Origin: an uncultured bacterium
GTDB lineage: Bacteria; Babelota; Babeliae; Babelales; Babelaceae
NCBI GenBank assembly: GCA_963848965.1
Contig: CAWKFG010000001.1
Location: forward strand, 448,001 to 512,000
Length of the DNA stretch: 64,000 nucleotides
Direction: 5' to 3'
This document shows positions 1-8,981 of the stretch, piece by piece. Positions within the stretch are counted from its first letter, which is position 1; each line of letters begins with the position of its first letter. The translations under genes and the position numbers were made by a program. A model generated the notes under the pieces. It saw nothing but the letters and a program-made list of their open reading frames with translations. It made no database searches and was not told the origin of the DNA.

Positions 1-358
1 GTTTGTCTTTAGGTCCATAAAAGAGTTCTAAATCTATGCAAGACCAAAGATCAAGAACGCCGCTGGTAAAATTTTTTTTAGCTAATAATTCAAAAGCTTG
101 TCTTCTTTTTTTACTGGGCAATGGATTAAGTTGTGCACAAAGTGATCGAGAATAAGAACCGTCAATTTCTTCTTCATTGAGTTTGCCTTCTGCTTTCTTC
201 TTTTCTTTTTCAGCGCGTAAAGCTTGTTCTTGTTTTAAATGATTGTCATCTTTTTCTTTTAACGATAGGCAGTTTTGCTTAGCTATTTCTTCATAAAATT
301 CTTGGCCATACAACAACGTTTGAAAACTGAGCATAAGAAAGAAAAAGTACTTTTTCAT
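1..358 (-). CDS. Exported protein, 3' end beyond the window edge; possibly MutS-related ATPase family
   Basis: Manual translation from ATG at 358: MKKYFFFLMLSFQTLLYGQEFYEEIAKQ...DLELFYGPKDK, open to position 1. Signal-peptide-like N-terminus. Family guess is weak and rests only on the DLELF motif. Confidence 0.6.
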   Translation of the reverse strand, partial: MKKYFFFLMLSFQTLLYGQEFYEEIAKQNCLSLKEKDDNHLKQEQALRAEKEKKKAEGKLNEEEIDGSYSRSLCAQLNPLPSKKRRQAFELLAKKNFTSGVLDLWSCIDLELFYGPKDK

Positions 359-409
359 TAAAAACTCCGTAAGCGCGGAAACTGGGCCTTTTAAGGGGCG
401 CTAGTTGAC
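359..409 (-). mobile_element. IS200/IS605-family (IscB/HEARO-type) terminal remnant
   Basis: Minus strand reads GTCAACTAGCGCCCCTTAAAAGGCCCAGTTTCCGCGCTTACGGAGTTTTTA then ATGA. This resembles the recalled left-end (GTCAACTA+hairpin) and right-end (hairpin+GTTTCCGCGC) patterns of these elements. Confidence 0.45.
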
Positions 410-460
410 AGTATCCTTAGTAAGAGTCGACATTAAATACTATAAAAATCTTTTAGTTAT

Positions 461-619
461 CTAGACCTTTTTGGCCCATTTAGGAAAGGCATTTGGTCGG
501 GCAAGCTCTGTAAATGTTCGATCGGGTGGGCCTAAAGTAAGCAAAACAGCACGACCTAGCCCTTTAATGGCCATTTTTTTGTTTATGCTTTTTTTATTCT
601 GGTTTTCTGTATTTAGCAT
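461..619 (-). CDS. 52-aa peptide, putative lasso peptide precursor
   Basis: MLNTENQNKKSINKKMAIKGLGRAVLLTL-GPPDRTFTELARPNAFPKWAKKV; AAGAGG RBS 5 nt upstream; GxxxxxTx leader motif followed by Gly1...Glu9 core. Below the ORF-track cutoff. Confidence 0.6.
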   Translation of the reverse strand: MLNTENQNKKSINKKMAIKGLGRAVLLTLGPPDRTFTELARPNAFPKWAKKV

Positions 620-770
620 AGTAACCTCTTTTGGTTAAAATTCAGAATCATCTTTAGTACTATTTTGAGCTATTTTGATTAGTAATTTATAACTTTTATT
701 TTATGATTGTATAGCCATAAAAAATTCTGTCAACGACATAAAGTCTTTATCCTGCTATCCATTTACTTCC

Positions 771-2012
771 TTACTTTTTTAATGCTATGTAAAGCTCTTG
801 TGTAGAGCTGTCGGTTAGTCTTTTTTGTTGTAACTGTGCTATAGTAGCAGGATACATATGCTCAATAAAGAGACATTTTATATCATTAGTGCTTGTATGA
901 TGCTCGCAAGCATATACTAAACTTTTACTTAGAAGCGTAAGAAGATGCTTACAATCATGTAAGGTTTCCAAGAGATGTGGTTGAAGCGTTTGCATAAAGC
1001 ATGCTGCTATTGCCATCATTACTTCATCAAACCTTAGAGATAAGAGTTCTTCCTTCCAGTTGGCAAGGCATGAGCATGCTGGTTGATTAGATACATTGCA
1101 ATTTACACAGCAAGTATGCCCACCTTTTTTTGAACCAGCAGGAAACAAGAAGTTACCAGGACATTGTTTTCGTATCTCGTTAAATTGCGTAAACATTTTA
1201 ACATCTTCTCGTGCGCTTGCAATAGTATCAATGACAATTATAGGCACGGAGGTATTAGCTGGTAACTGCATTGAGTCAATGGGCACAATCGAATTATCTT
1301 GCACCCAAAAAGTTATAACAGTTGTAGCATGATTACATATATGTTTAGCTCTTAGCACTACAGGTATGTTGTAGAGCTTATTGAGTGTAAGAAATAGAAG
1401 AACTCCAGGCAATTTAGGGTAAACAGTAATTTCTTCTTGGCTGCCTATTTGATCAGCTACCTTTTTGAGCTCTATAGCATCTGAATCAACATTTTCAAGT
1501 AAGGAACGTATATAGTGCATAGTCATATGTGCTAGTTCTTTTTTAGCTTGTAGAAGAAACTCTTCGTTGTTCCAAGAAAGAGTACTATTTTTAGAAATAA
1601 GCATCTGCACGCAATTTTTAGGTTTTACTATAGAGTTGCTTATCCCATTCGCAGTAGCTTTGAGTATATCTCTTATTCTGTATGCTAGATGAATTCTTTC
1701 TGGGTAAGAACTGAAAGCCGAGCACAGTAAAAGATTAAGCGCTAAATATCTTTTATTCTGTTCAAGAAGCGCATCATTCTTACTGATTAACCATTCTTGG
1801 TATATATGGCCTACAATAAGTGCATTGATGTGGCATTGATTGTTACCAGGCATACCATCAAAAAGATAAATATTGCCTTGTTTTATCTCATAGAGTGCTT
1901 GACGTTCTAGAAGAGTTAATACTGTATTCCATCGCTCTTCTACCATTGCTTGTAATAAAGTACTTATGCTCACAAGTACGATAAGTATCTTACTAATACT
2001 GTGTAATAACAT
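771..2012 (-). CDS. Hypothetical exported protein with a Cys-rich segment
   Basis: 413-aa ORF, signal peptide ending LQA-M, CCVNC...CSC cluster. Confidence 0.75.
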   Translation of the reverse strand: MLLHSISKILIVLVSISTLLQAMVEERWNTVLTLLERQALYEIKQGNIYLFDGMPGNNQCHINALIVGHIYQEWLISKNDALLEQNKRYLALNLLLCSAFSSYPERIHLAYRIRDILKATANGISNSIVKPKNCVQMLISKNSTLSWNNEEFLLQAKKELAHMTMHYIRSLLENVDSDAIELKKVADQIGSQEEITVYPKLPGVLLFLTLNKLYNIPVVLRAKHICNHATTVITFWVQDNSIVPIDSMQLPANTSVPIIVIDTIASAREDVKMFTQFNEIRKQCPGNFLFPAGSKKGGHTCCVNCNVSNQPACSCLANWKEELLSLRFDEVMMAIAACFMQTLQPHLLETLHDCKHLLTLLSKSLVYACEHHTSTNDIKCLFIEHMYPATIAQLQQKRLTDSSTQELYIALKK

Positions 2013-2400
2013 GATAATCCTAAAATCAGATAGAAATTAATTAAAATAATGCGAATAATAGTCCTTAAAACTTTCAAAGGACGTACTTATGGCGTTATTT
2101 AAAAAAAGATTGTTCTAAAATAAAGTGTATGGATAGTGTTAAAAATTGAAAAGATAATAGAAAGGTCGGTAAAAAGAAGAGAAAAGAAGCAAAGATATAA
2201 ATAAGTTTGTTGATCGACTCGTTATAGGTATAGATATGGGTATCATAGTATACTCCTTAGGATATGTTAAAAATAATTCAATTTAATAATAGCAAAAGAT
2301 ATAATAAAATCAACAAGGGTTCTTATCTGCAACTTTGACTAAAGATAGAGAAAAACATACAATTAGTAATTGTAAACCTGCAAGTATAAGGAGATATCTT

Positions 2401-4296
2401 TTGAAATTATTATTACTAGCTTTTACTTTTTCTGCTCTAAGCTTGTTTGGTATGGATACAAATGAGCGTAAGTTACTTACTCCTGAAGAGCAGTCTCTTT
2501 TAAATGCTCAATTAATTAATGAGATAGAATATTCTAATGCAAAGCTTACAAAAGTTGATGAATTGTTAAAACGTGGAGCTAATGTTAATGCTCGAGGAGT
2601 TAATAGAGCAATAACTGAAGGATGGACCGTTTTAATGTATGCTGTATATAAAGGCAACGAAGATATAGTTAAGTTACTAGTGGGGCATGGAGCAGACGTT
2701 AATGGTAAAGATACTACTTTTAAGGCCACTGTCTTAATGCATGCTATAGAAGGAAGAAATGTGGCACTAGTAAACTTACTGCTAGAGCTTGGAGCAGATA
2801 TTCATACTCTTGATAAGAGAAATAGCACCGTATTAATGTATGCTCTCTATGAGGGCAATGAAGCTATAATTAACCGACTGCTGGAACTTGGTGTTGATGT
2901 GAATGCACGAGCAGATGATAGTTATTTTGGTCGTGGTGATACAGCACTCCTCATTGCAGCAAAAAGAGGTAATGTTGCTGCCTTAACCAAGCTTGTAAGT
3001 CGTGGTGCTGACATTAATGCTAAAAATTGGCTTGGACAGACAGCCCTCATGTGTGAATTGCAATCAGGAAAAAACAAAGAAATGATTGATAGACTGCTAG
3101 AATTAAAAGCAGATATTCATGCTTGTGATGATAAGAAGCAAACTGTAATAATGTATGCGGCACAGGCAGGAGATGAAGAAATCTTTAAGAAACTTATAGA
3201 GCTTAAGGCTGATGTATATGCTCAAGATAATGGTGAGCGTTTACTACAGTATGCTGTAGAAGGAGGGAATTTAGCTATAGTTAATACTTTAGTAGATTTA
3301 AACTGTAGTATTACCCCAGGCCTCTTAGGAACTGCTGCATATTATGGACGTATACATTTACTAGATAGGTTACTAGAATTGGGCCAGGACATTCATGCTT
3401 GTGGTACTTTAGACAAAACAGTATTAATGTATGCAGTACATGGTAAAAGTCTGGCTTTTGTTAATAGACTCATAGAGCTTGGAGCTGATATCCACGCTAA
3501 AACATATTATGATGGTACAGTTTTAATGCAGGCAGCAGAAGTAGGAAGCGAAGAGATTTTTAATAGGCTATTAGATCTTGGTGTTGATAGTACTCATAAA
3601 GGTGCTTTCGATAAGACTTTATTATCGTGTGCTCTAAAAGGTAGAAAACTAGCTATTATTAATAAAGTAATGCAACTTACTAATACCTTTGCAGTAACAG
3701 CTCAAGAAAAAGAACAGATAATAGCTATTATTGGCCGAAAACTTGATAAAGAGTTTGGACCTTCAGACCTCAAGTTAGTTTGTACTGAGCATCATCAGAA
3801 GTATAAAGCTAACCTACAAGGCTATTTTTATAGAGATAAGTCGACAAAGCGAACATTTCTTACAATTGCTTCTATAATAGGATGTACAAAGAGTATGAAA
3901 ACTATATTAGATACTAATCCTCCTTGCTGGTATGTACAAGCACAAGATTATCTTGGAAGAACTGCTTTAATGTATGCTTATAACAAAGGAGATAAAGACT
4001 GTATAAGAATGCTTATTTCCTCTATTAGAGATGCTATTACAAGAGAGCCTGAATGGGCTGCTGTATGGAAGCGCTCTATGAACCTGAAAGATAAAGATGG
4101 TTTAACTTTACTTGATTATGCTTTAGACCGAGGTGATCTAGAATTTGCACGTGAATTTATTGGTCTAGGATGTAAATGCTTAGCAAGACATCTGCAGAAA
4201 GCTGATTCTATAGGATACAAAGCTATTGTCGCTCTATTATCTGCTGCGGGTAAAATTGTAGACCATACAGGAAAATCGCATTCTCTTTTTAAGTAA
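2401..4296 (+). CDS. Exported ankyrin repeat protein
   Basis: Many T-[AV]-LMYA...G...L...GAD repeats; probable TTG start at 2401 after AAGGAG; signal peptide. Confidence 0.92.
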   Translation: MKLLLLAFTFSALSLFGMDTNERKLLTPEEQSLLNAQLINEIEYSNAKLTKVDELLKRGANVNARGVNRAITEGWTVLMYAVYKGNEDIVKLLVGHGADVNGKDTTFKATVLMHAIEGRNVALVNLLLELGADIHTLDKRNSTVLMYALYEGNEAIINRLLELGVDVNARADDSYFGRGDTALLIAAKRGNVAALTKLVSRGADINAKNWLGQTALMCELQSGKNKEMIDRLLELKADIHACDDKKQTVIMYAAQAGDEEIFKKLIELKADVYAQDNGERLLQYAVEGGNLAIVNTLVDLNCSITPGLLGTAAYYGRIHLLDRLLELGQDIHACGTLDKTVLMYAVHGKSLAFVNRLIELGADIHAKTYYDGTVLMQAAEVGSEEIFNRLLDLGVDSTHKGAFDKTLLSCALKGRKLAIINKVMQLTNTFAVTAQEKEQIIAIIGRKLDKEFGPSDLKLVCTEHHQKYKANLQGYFYRDKSTKRTFLTIASIIGCTKSMKTILDTNPPCWYVQAQDYLGRTALMYAYNKGDKDCIRMLISSIRDAITREPEWAAVWKRSMNLKDKDGLTLLDYALDRGDLEFAREFIGLGCKCLARHLQKADSIGYKAIVALLSAAGKIVDHTGKSHSLFK

Positions 4297-4348
4297 AAAT
4301 AATAGTCTTCTAAAGCAAGAAATTTTGGAGCAAAGATGCCTTTCTTGT

Positions 4349-4411
4349 ACCAAATGTTAAGTGGACTTGACATTTGGTGTCACTAAATGTTAAATTGAGT
4401 TTGCATTTAGT
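4349..4411. promoter_or_regulatory. Two tandem related palindromes (putative operators)
   Basis: ACCAAATGTTAA-N6-TTGACATTTGGT (4349-4378) and ACTAAATGTTAA-N6-TTTGCATTTAGT (4382-4411), directly upstream of the AAA/DUF4143 gene. Confidence 0.55.
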
Positions 4412-4430
4412 AGCGCATGGTAGGAAAAAT

Positions 4431-5612
4431 ATGGTAGTAATTCGTTCTTTTTGGCAAGAACTTATAGAAAGAGCATGGCTCAAGAAAAGTATTATTTGGC
4501 TTATGGGGGTTAGAAGAATAGGTAAAACAAGCCTTTGTCAAAGCCTTCCAAATATAGAATATTTTGATTGTGAGAGTCCTCGTGTACGCCAGTTGTTTAT
4601 TGATCCAGAGGGATTTTTAGCAGGTAAAAGAAATAGACGTATTGTTCTTGATGAGATTCATCGTCTTGATAATCCATCTGAAATTTTAAAACTAGCAGCC
4701 GATCATTACCCAGACATAAAAGTGATTGCTACTGGCTCATCAACATTGGGAGCAAGTGCTAAGTTTAAAGATACATTAACAGGGCGTAAAAAAGAAATTT
4801 GGCTGACACCTCTCTTATTAGAAGAAATGACTAGTTTTGGCAATGAAGATCTGCGACACAGACTTTTGCTTGGGGGACTTCCTTCTTTTTTTGCCCAAGA
4901 TGAATTAATAGAAGAAGATTATCGAGAATGGCTCGATGCCTACTGGGCAAAAGATATACAGGAGTTATTTAGAGTGGGAAAACGATACTCATTTCAAAAA
5001 TTTGCAGATCTTTTGTTAGCTAATAGTGGAGGACTATTTGAAGCAACTAAATATGCTGCATTATGTGAAGTTACCAGACATACAATTGCTAATTATTTAG
5101 ATGTTCTTGAAGAGACCTTTATTGTGAATGTTGTACGGCCTTATTCAACGCACAAACCAACCGAAATTGTTATGGCTCCTAAAGTTTATGGTTTTGATAC
5201 GGGGTTTGTTGCTTATGCTAAAGGTTGGCACGAACTAAGGCAAGAGGATACTGGGCTGTTGTGGGAGCAGTGCGTCTTGAATGAGATAAATGCACACTTA
5301 CAGTCACGCGCTACACATTATTGGAGAGATAAGCGTGGTCATGAGGTTGACTTTGTACTATATAATAAAAAGAATAATTCGCTTACAGCTATAGAATGCA
5401 AATTTAATAGTTTGCAAGTAGATTCAAGTAAATCTGCAATAACTGCTCTTGTAAATAATATTGGAGCATTACGTTATCATTATCCTAAGGGAAAGAATTT
5501 TATTGTAGCAAGTGATATTGATACCTCTTTTGAAAGAAATTATTCTGGTTTAGATGTATCTTTTGTAAATACGAAAGATCTTATTAGAAACATTTTGGAG
5601 ATTGCATCGTAG
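4431..5612 (+). CDS. AAA_14 / DUF4143 family ATP-binding protein
   Basis: Walker A GVRRIGKT, Walker B IVLDEIH, ATGSS, LTGR, PKVYGFDTG, C-terminal EVDFV...IECK nuclease-like motif; ATG 4431 after AGGA. Confidence 0.9.
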   Translation: MVVIRSFWQELIERAWLKKSIIWLMGVRRIGKTSLCQSLPNIEYFDCESPRVRQLFIDPEGFLAGKRNRRIVLDEIHRLDNPSEILKLAADHYPDIKVIATGSSTLGASAKFKDTLTGRKKEIWLTPLLLEEMTSFGNEDLRHRLLLGGLPSFFAQDELIEEDYREWLDAYWAKDIQELFRVGKRYSFQKFADLLLANSGGLFEATKYAALCEVTRHTIANYLDVLEETFIVNVVRPYSTHKPTEIVMAPKVYGFDTGFVAYAKGWHELRQEDTGLLWEQCVLNEINAHLQSRATHYWRDKRGHEVDFVLYNKKNNSLTAIECKFNSLQVDSSKSAITALVNNIGALRYHYPKGKNFIVASDIDTSFERNYSGLDVSFVNTKDLIRNILEIAS

Positions 5613-5694
5613 TGTTGTTGATGCGATACTTCTTTCCTGACTTTTTCATTTATTCAATTTTGAAGAAGAGCTTTTTCAAATAGGAAGATTTTAT

Positions 5695-6402
5695 ATGGCT
5701 ACATTTTTACTCATTCACGGTGCTTTTTATGGTGGTTGGTGTTGGAAAAAAGTAAAAACAATTTTAGAAAGTAAGGGTCATAGCGTATATACTCCTACAC
5801 TATCTGGGCTAGGAGAACGCGCTCACTTAAATCATCCTTTAATTGTTGATACGCATATTCAAGACATTAAAAATGTTATTCTCTTTGAAGATTTACATGA
5901 TATTATTATAGTTGGTCATAGCTATGGAGGTTTGATAATAACTGGAATAGCATCCCTTATTCCAGAAAGAATTAAACAGCTGATATATCTTGATGCATTA
6001 GTGCCAAATGACGGTGATTCGTTATTAAATCTTGTTGATTCTGAAACAGCGCAGTTTTTTGTATCCCAAGCGCAAGAAAAAGGATTTGGCTGGTTAGTTC
6101 CTCCTCTAGTAATCACTGAAGATTATTTTGTTGATCCAGTAGATGTGAAATGGGTCAGCTCTCGCGTTATGCCTCAAACATTATTGAGTTTTTCTCAAGG
6201 AGTTACTTTTTCTGAAAAAGAATTGAGCCGGATTCCATCTTTTTTTATTCTTTGTAATCAAAATCCTCATCCAACGTTACCAAAGATGAAAGAAAGGGCT
6301 CAGTACAGGGGATGGGAATGTTTTGATATAAGCAGTAACCATTTTCCTATGATTGACTATCCAGAAAAGCTAAGCAATTTGTTAGTAAAAATTGCCCTCT
6401 AA
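5695..6402 (+). CDS. Alpha/beta hydrolase (esterase)
   Basis: LIHGAFYGGWCW, GHSYGG nucleophile elbow, C-terminal HFPM. Confidence 0.9.
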   Translation: MATFLLIHGAFYGGWCWKKVKTILESKGHSVYTPTLSGLGERAHLNHPLIVDTHIQDIKNVILFEDLHDIIIVGHSYGGLIITGIASLIPERIKQLIYLDALVPNDGDSLLNLVDSETAQFFVSQAQEKGFGWLVPPLVITEDYFVDPVDVKWVSSRVMPQTLLSFSQGVTFSEKELSRIPSFFILCNQNPHPTLPKMKERAQYRGWECFDISSNHFPMIDYPEKLSNLLVKIAL

Positions 6403-6454
6403 AGTATGGTGTTCTTCAATCGATTTGTGTTCCTGAAAGCTGAGAGGAGGTATA

Positions 6455-7267
6455 ATGCTAATAAAGTATTTTATAGTACTAGTTGTATATGTAACAAGTG
6501 CTCAAGTTATATGGTGTAATGATAACAAGAACAATTCTTCTGAGGATATAATAAAGCCTGCATTTGCTTTGCCAAAAATTATTTTTCGTGCCCAAACAAA
6601 GGAAGAAGCATTCAGTTTTGTTTTATATCTAAGTAAAAAGCTGCCTTGGTTTAAACAAAATGGATATAAAATACCTTTGCCTCAACACATAGCTTTTCAG
6701 AACCTCTATGAGCAAGGCCTCGTTGCTCAAGATGAGGAAATGAGATTGAGAGATATCTTTTATGATGAAATTTATACTGTTTCTGATTTTACAAAGGGGT
6801 TACGAATAACCTCTTCTATGGAAAACGCTATAAGCTGTCTTTTTGAACGACTTTACCCCTTGCATCGAAATTGGGGCTTTAAGTTGATGTCTTGCTATGA
6901 AATAATCTTAACGCTTTATGGTCCCGGTGGAAATTATTGGCCTCGTAAAGGCTATGTGATAGTAAGAGTTGATAAAAATGGCTCTTTTGGTAAAAAGTCT
7001 GTACTTGAATCAGTTATTCATGAACTTGTTCATATAGGTATAGAAGAAACTATTGTTGAAAAGTTTAGGCTTACTCATTGGGAAAAAGAGCGCTTAGTAG
7101 ATCTTATATGCGTTACCTGTTTTAAAGATGTAGTTCCAAACTATTGGATGCAAAAGATAGAAGATACCAAAATTGATATTTTTGCTACTCAAGATGCTAT
7201 TGAAAAGAACTTGCCAGAAGCAATTGAGAAGTTTGTTGAATCAAAATCTTCTGCAGTGAGTAAATGA
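6455..7267 (+). CDS. Exported hypothetical protein with HExxH motif (possible zincin)
   Basis: Signal peptide; IHELVHIGIE followed by a downstream Glu (WEKE). Confidence 0.65.
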   Translation: MLIKYFIVLVVYVTSAQVIWCNDNKNNSSEDIIKPAFALPKIIFRAQTKEEAFSFVLYLSKKLPWFKQNGYKIPLPQHIAFQNLYEQGLVAQDEEMRLRDIFYDEIYTVSDFTKGLRITSSMENAISCLFERLYPLHRNWGFKLMSCYEIILTLYGPGGNYWPRKGYVIVRVDKNGSFGKKSVLESVIHELVHIGIEETIVEKFRLTHWEKERLVDLICVTCFKDVVPNYWMQKIEDTKIDIFATQDAIEKNLPEAIEKFVESKSSAVSK

Positions 7268-7398
7268 TAATTCTTAACAAAAATGCTCAAAAGTAGGGTA
7301 TGCTCTTAGTAAGAGTAATGAGAATTTGCTTTTACTAAGCATTATGATAATATTAATGAATAATTGTATAATAATTTATTTGCCGATATGAGTTTTTT

Positions 7399-8961
7399 AT
7401 GAATTACTTTACTACAAGATCTTTAAGCGTAGCAGTTATATTTAATTTTTTCCTTATAAGTACATCAGTGGTCTTATGTATGGATGGAAAGGGTTTCATA
7501 GTGCGATCACCAGAGATGAGCCCCTATAGATACGAGCAAGGACTTTCTAATTATTCACATTATCTAATTCAGCGAGAATCTGTTGATTGGCGTTCTTTTT
7601 TTGGACACAGTGAACAACCTAAAAAAAAGATAGAAGCATATAATGGGCCTGACTGTATATCTCCTTTATCAAAAGATCTTGTTAAAAGTATCATTATTCA
7701 GTTACAGAACTCAAAGGACGTTGAAAGCTTTATTAAGTCTGTCAGAGCTTTAGCTAAAGTTAGTAAGCACTTTAATGTTCTTGTAAATAGTCCTGAAATG
7801 ACCACCTTTCTCATTAAGTTACTGAGTGAAAAAGAAAAGATTAAAGAAAGATATGCAGCTATACTCTTAGGAACAGCTGGATCTCTGAATTGGCTCCAAG
7901 AGCATTCTCCTTTTAAACCAGGGACAGAGCCAATAACAATAAAAGAAGCTGTTAAAATAATCATAAAAAGGTATGCAGAAAAATTTATTAGTCGATCAAC
8001 TATTCAAGAGCTTCTTCCTCGTTTTAAAGAAGATTATTATAACGTAGTATTTCCCACAAATGGTAAAACTGCTTTAATACTAGGTATAGAATATGCAATA
8101 GGAGCAATGGGTATTGACGAGGCTGAAGGAGGTATTAATACAATAAAGGCACTTTTGGCGCTTGGGGTAGATCCTAATAAGCCAGATAGGGATGGAAAAT
8201 TGCCTATAAGTTACACGTATATGTCTAAGTGTACTCCACTGTATGAAATACCACGTTTAAAAAAGATTCAAGAATTGCTTATTACAGCAGGAGCAACTAT
8301 ACCTAATGAAGCTTTGCTTTTTGATAATGCATGTGAGCAGTTAGAGCCCCAGCGTCTTTTAACAATAGCATGCTTTTTAGGATCTACAGATTTGCTCAAT
8401 AAAGCACTAGGTAAAGGTGCATCAGCTAATTCCCTTAATAGGTTTGATATATCAGATGTTATTGATGCACGAAACACAGATTTTTTAAAAATAATTGTGC
8501 AAGCGGGGTGTCCGTTAAAAAAGATTTTATCAAAGGATAAAGAAGATACCTATAACGCTTTTTGTAAAGCAGTTGGCTGTAAAGATACGCACATGCTAGA
8601 ATTTCTTATACTGATGGGCTTAGATGTTAATGTTCAAAAAAAAGATATATTTATGGGTACAAAAAGCACTCCACTGAAAGTAGCCGTACTTCTTAAAAAG
8701 CCAGAAATGATAAAATTGCTTCTTAAAGCTGGTGCTGAATTAGGCGATATTACAGATCAATGGGTTTTGGATAGTGCTAAAGAAATTAATCAAGAGCTTA
8801 TACCTCTTTGTCTTATTTGCCTTGATTATCTTGATAAGGCCTGCAATATAATAAAGACAGAATGCGACCATCGCTTTCATAAAGCATGTCTGCAAGACTG
8901 GCATCAAGTAAAAGCCGAATGTCCAGCATGTAGAAATGCTCTTCCTAAAAAGGCCATATAA
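7399..8961 (+). CDS. Exported ankyrin repeat protein with C-terminal RING-H2 finger
   Basis: Ankyrin-like repeats; CLIC-x14-CDHRFHKAC-x10-CPAC fits C3H2C3. Confidence 0.88.
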   Translation: MNYFTTRSLSVAVIFNFFLISTSVVLCMDGKGFIVRSPEMSPYRYEQGLSNYSHYLIQRESVDWRSFFGHSEQPKKKIEAYNGPDCISPLSKDLVKSIIIQLQNSKDVESFIKSVRALAKVSKHFNVLVNSPEMTTFLIKLLSEKEKIKERYAAILLGTAGSLNWLQEHSPFKPGTEPITIKEAVKIIIKRYAEKFISRSTIQELLPRFKEDYYNVVFPTNGKTALILGIEYAIGAMGIDEAEGGINTIKALLALGVDPNKPDRDGKLPISYTYMSKCTPLYEIPRLKKIQELLITAGATIPNEALLFDNACEQLEPQRLLTIACFLGSTDLLNKALGKGASANSLNRFDISDVIDARNTDFLKIIVQAGCPLKKILSKDKEDTYNAFCKAVGCKDTHMLEFLILMGLDVNVQKKDIFMGTKSTPLKVAVLLKKPEMIKLLLKAGAELGDITDQWVLDSAKEINQELIPLCLICLDYLDKACNIIKTECDHRFHKACLQDWHQVKAECPACRNALPKKAI

Positions 8962-8981
8962 CTTATAGCTACGAGTAATTA

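Noticed and set aside
771..2012. Lasso maturase for the adjacent precursor
   Set aside because: No asparagine-synthetase SGGLDS motif or recognisable B2 protease motif, and it carries a signal peptide.
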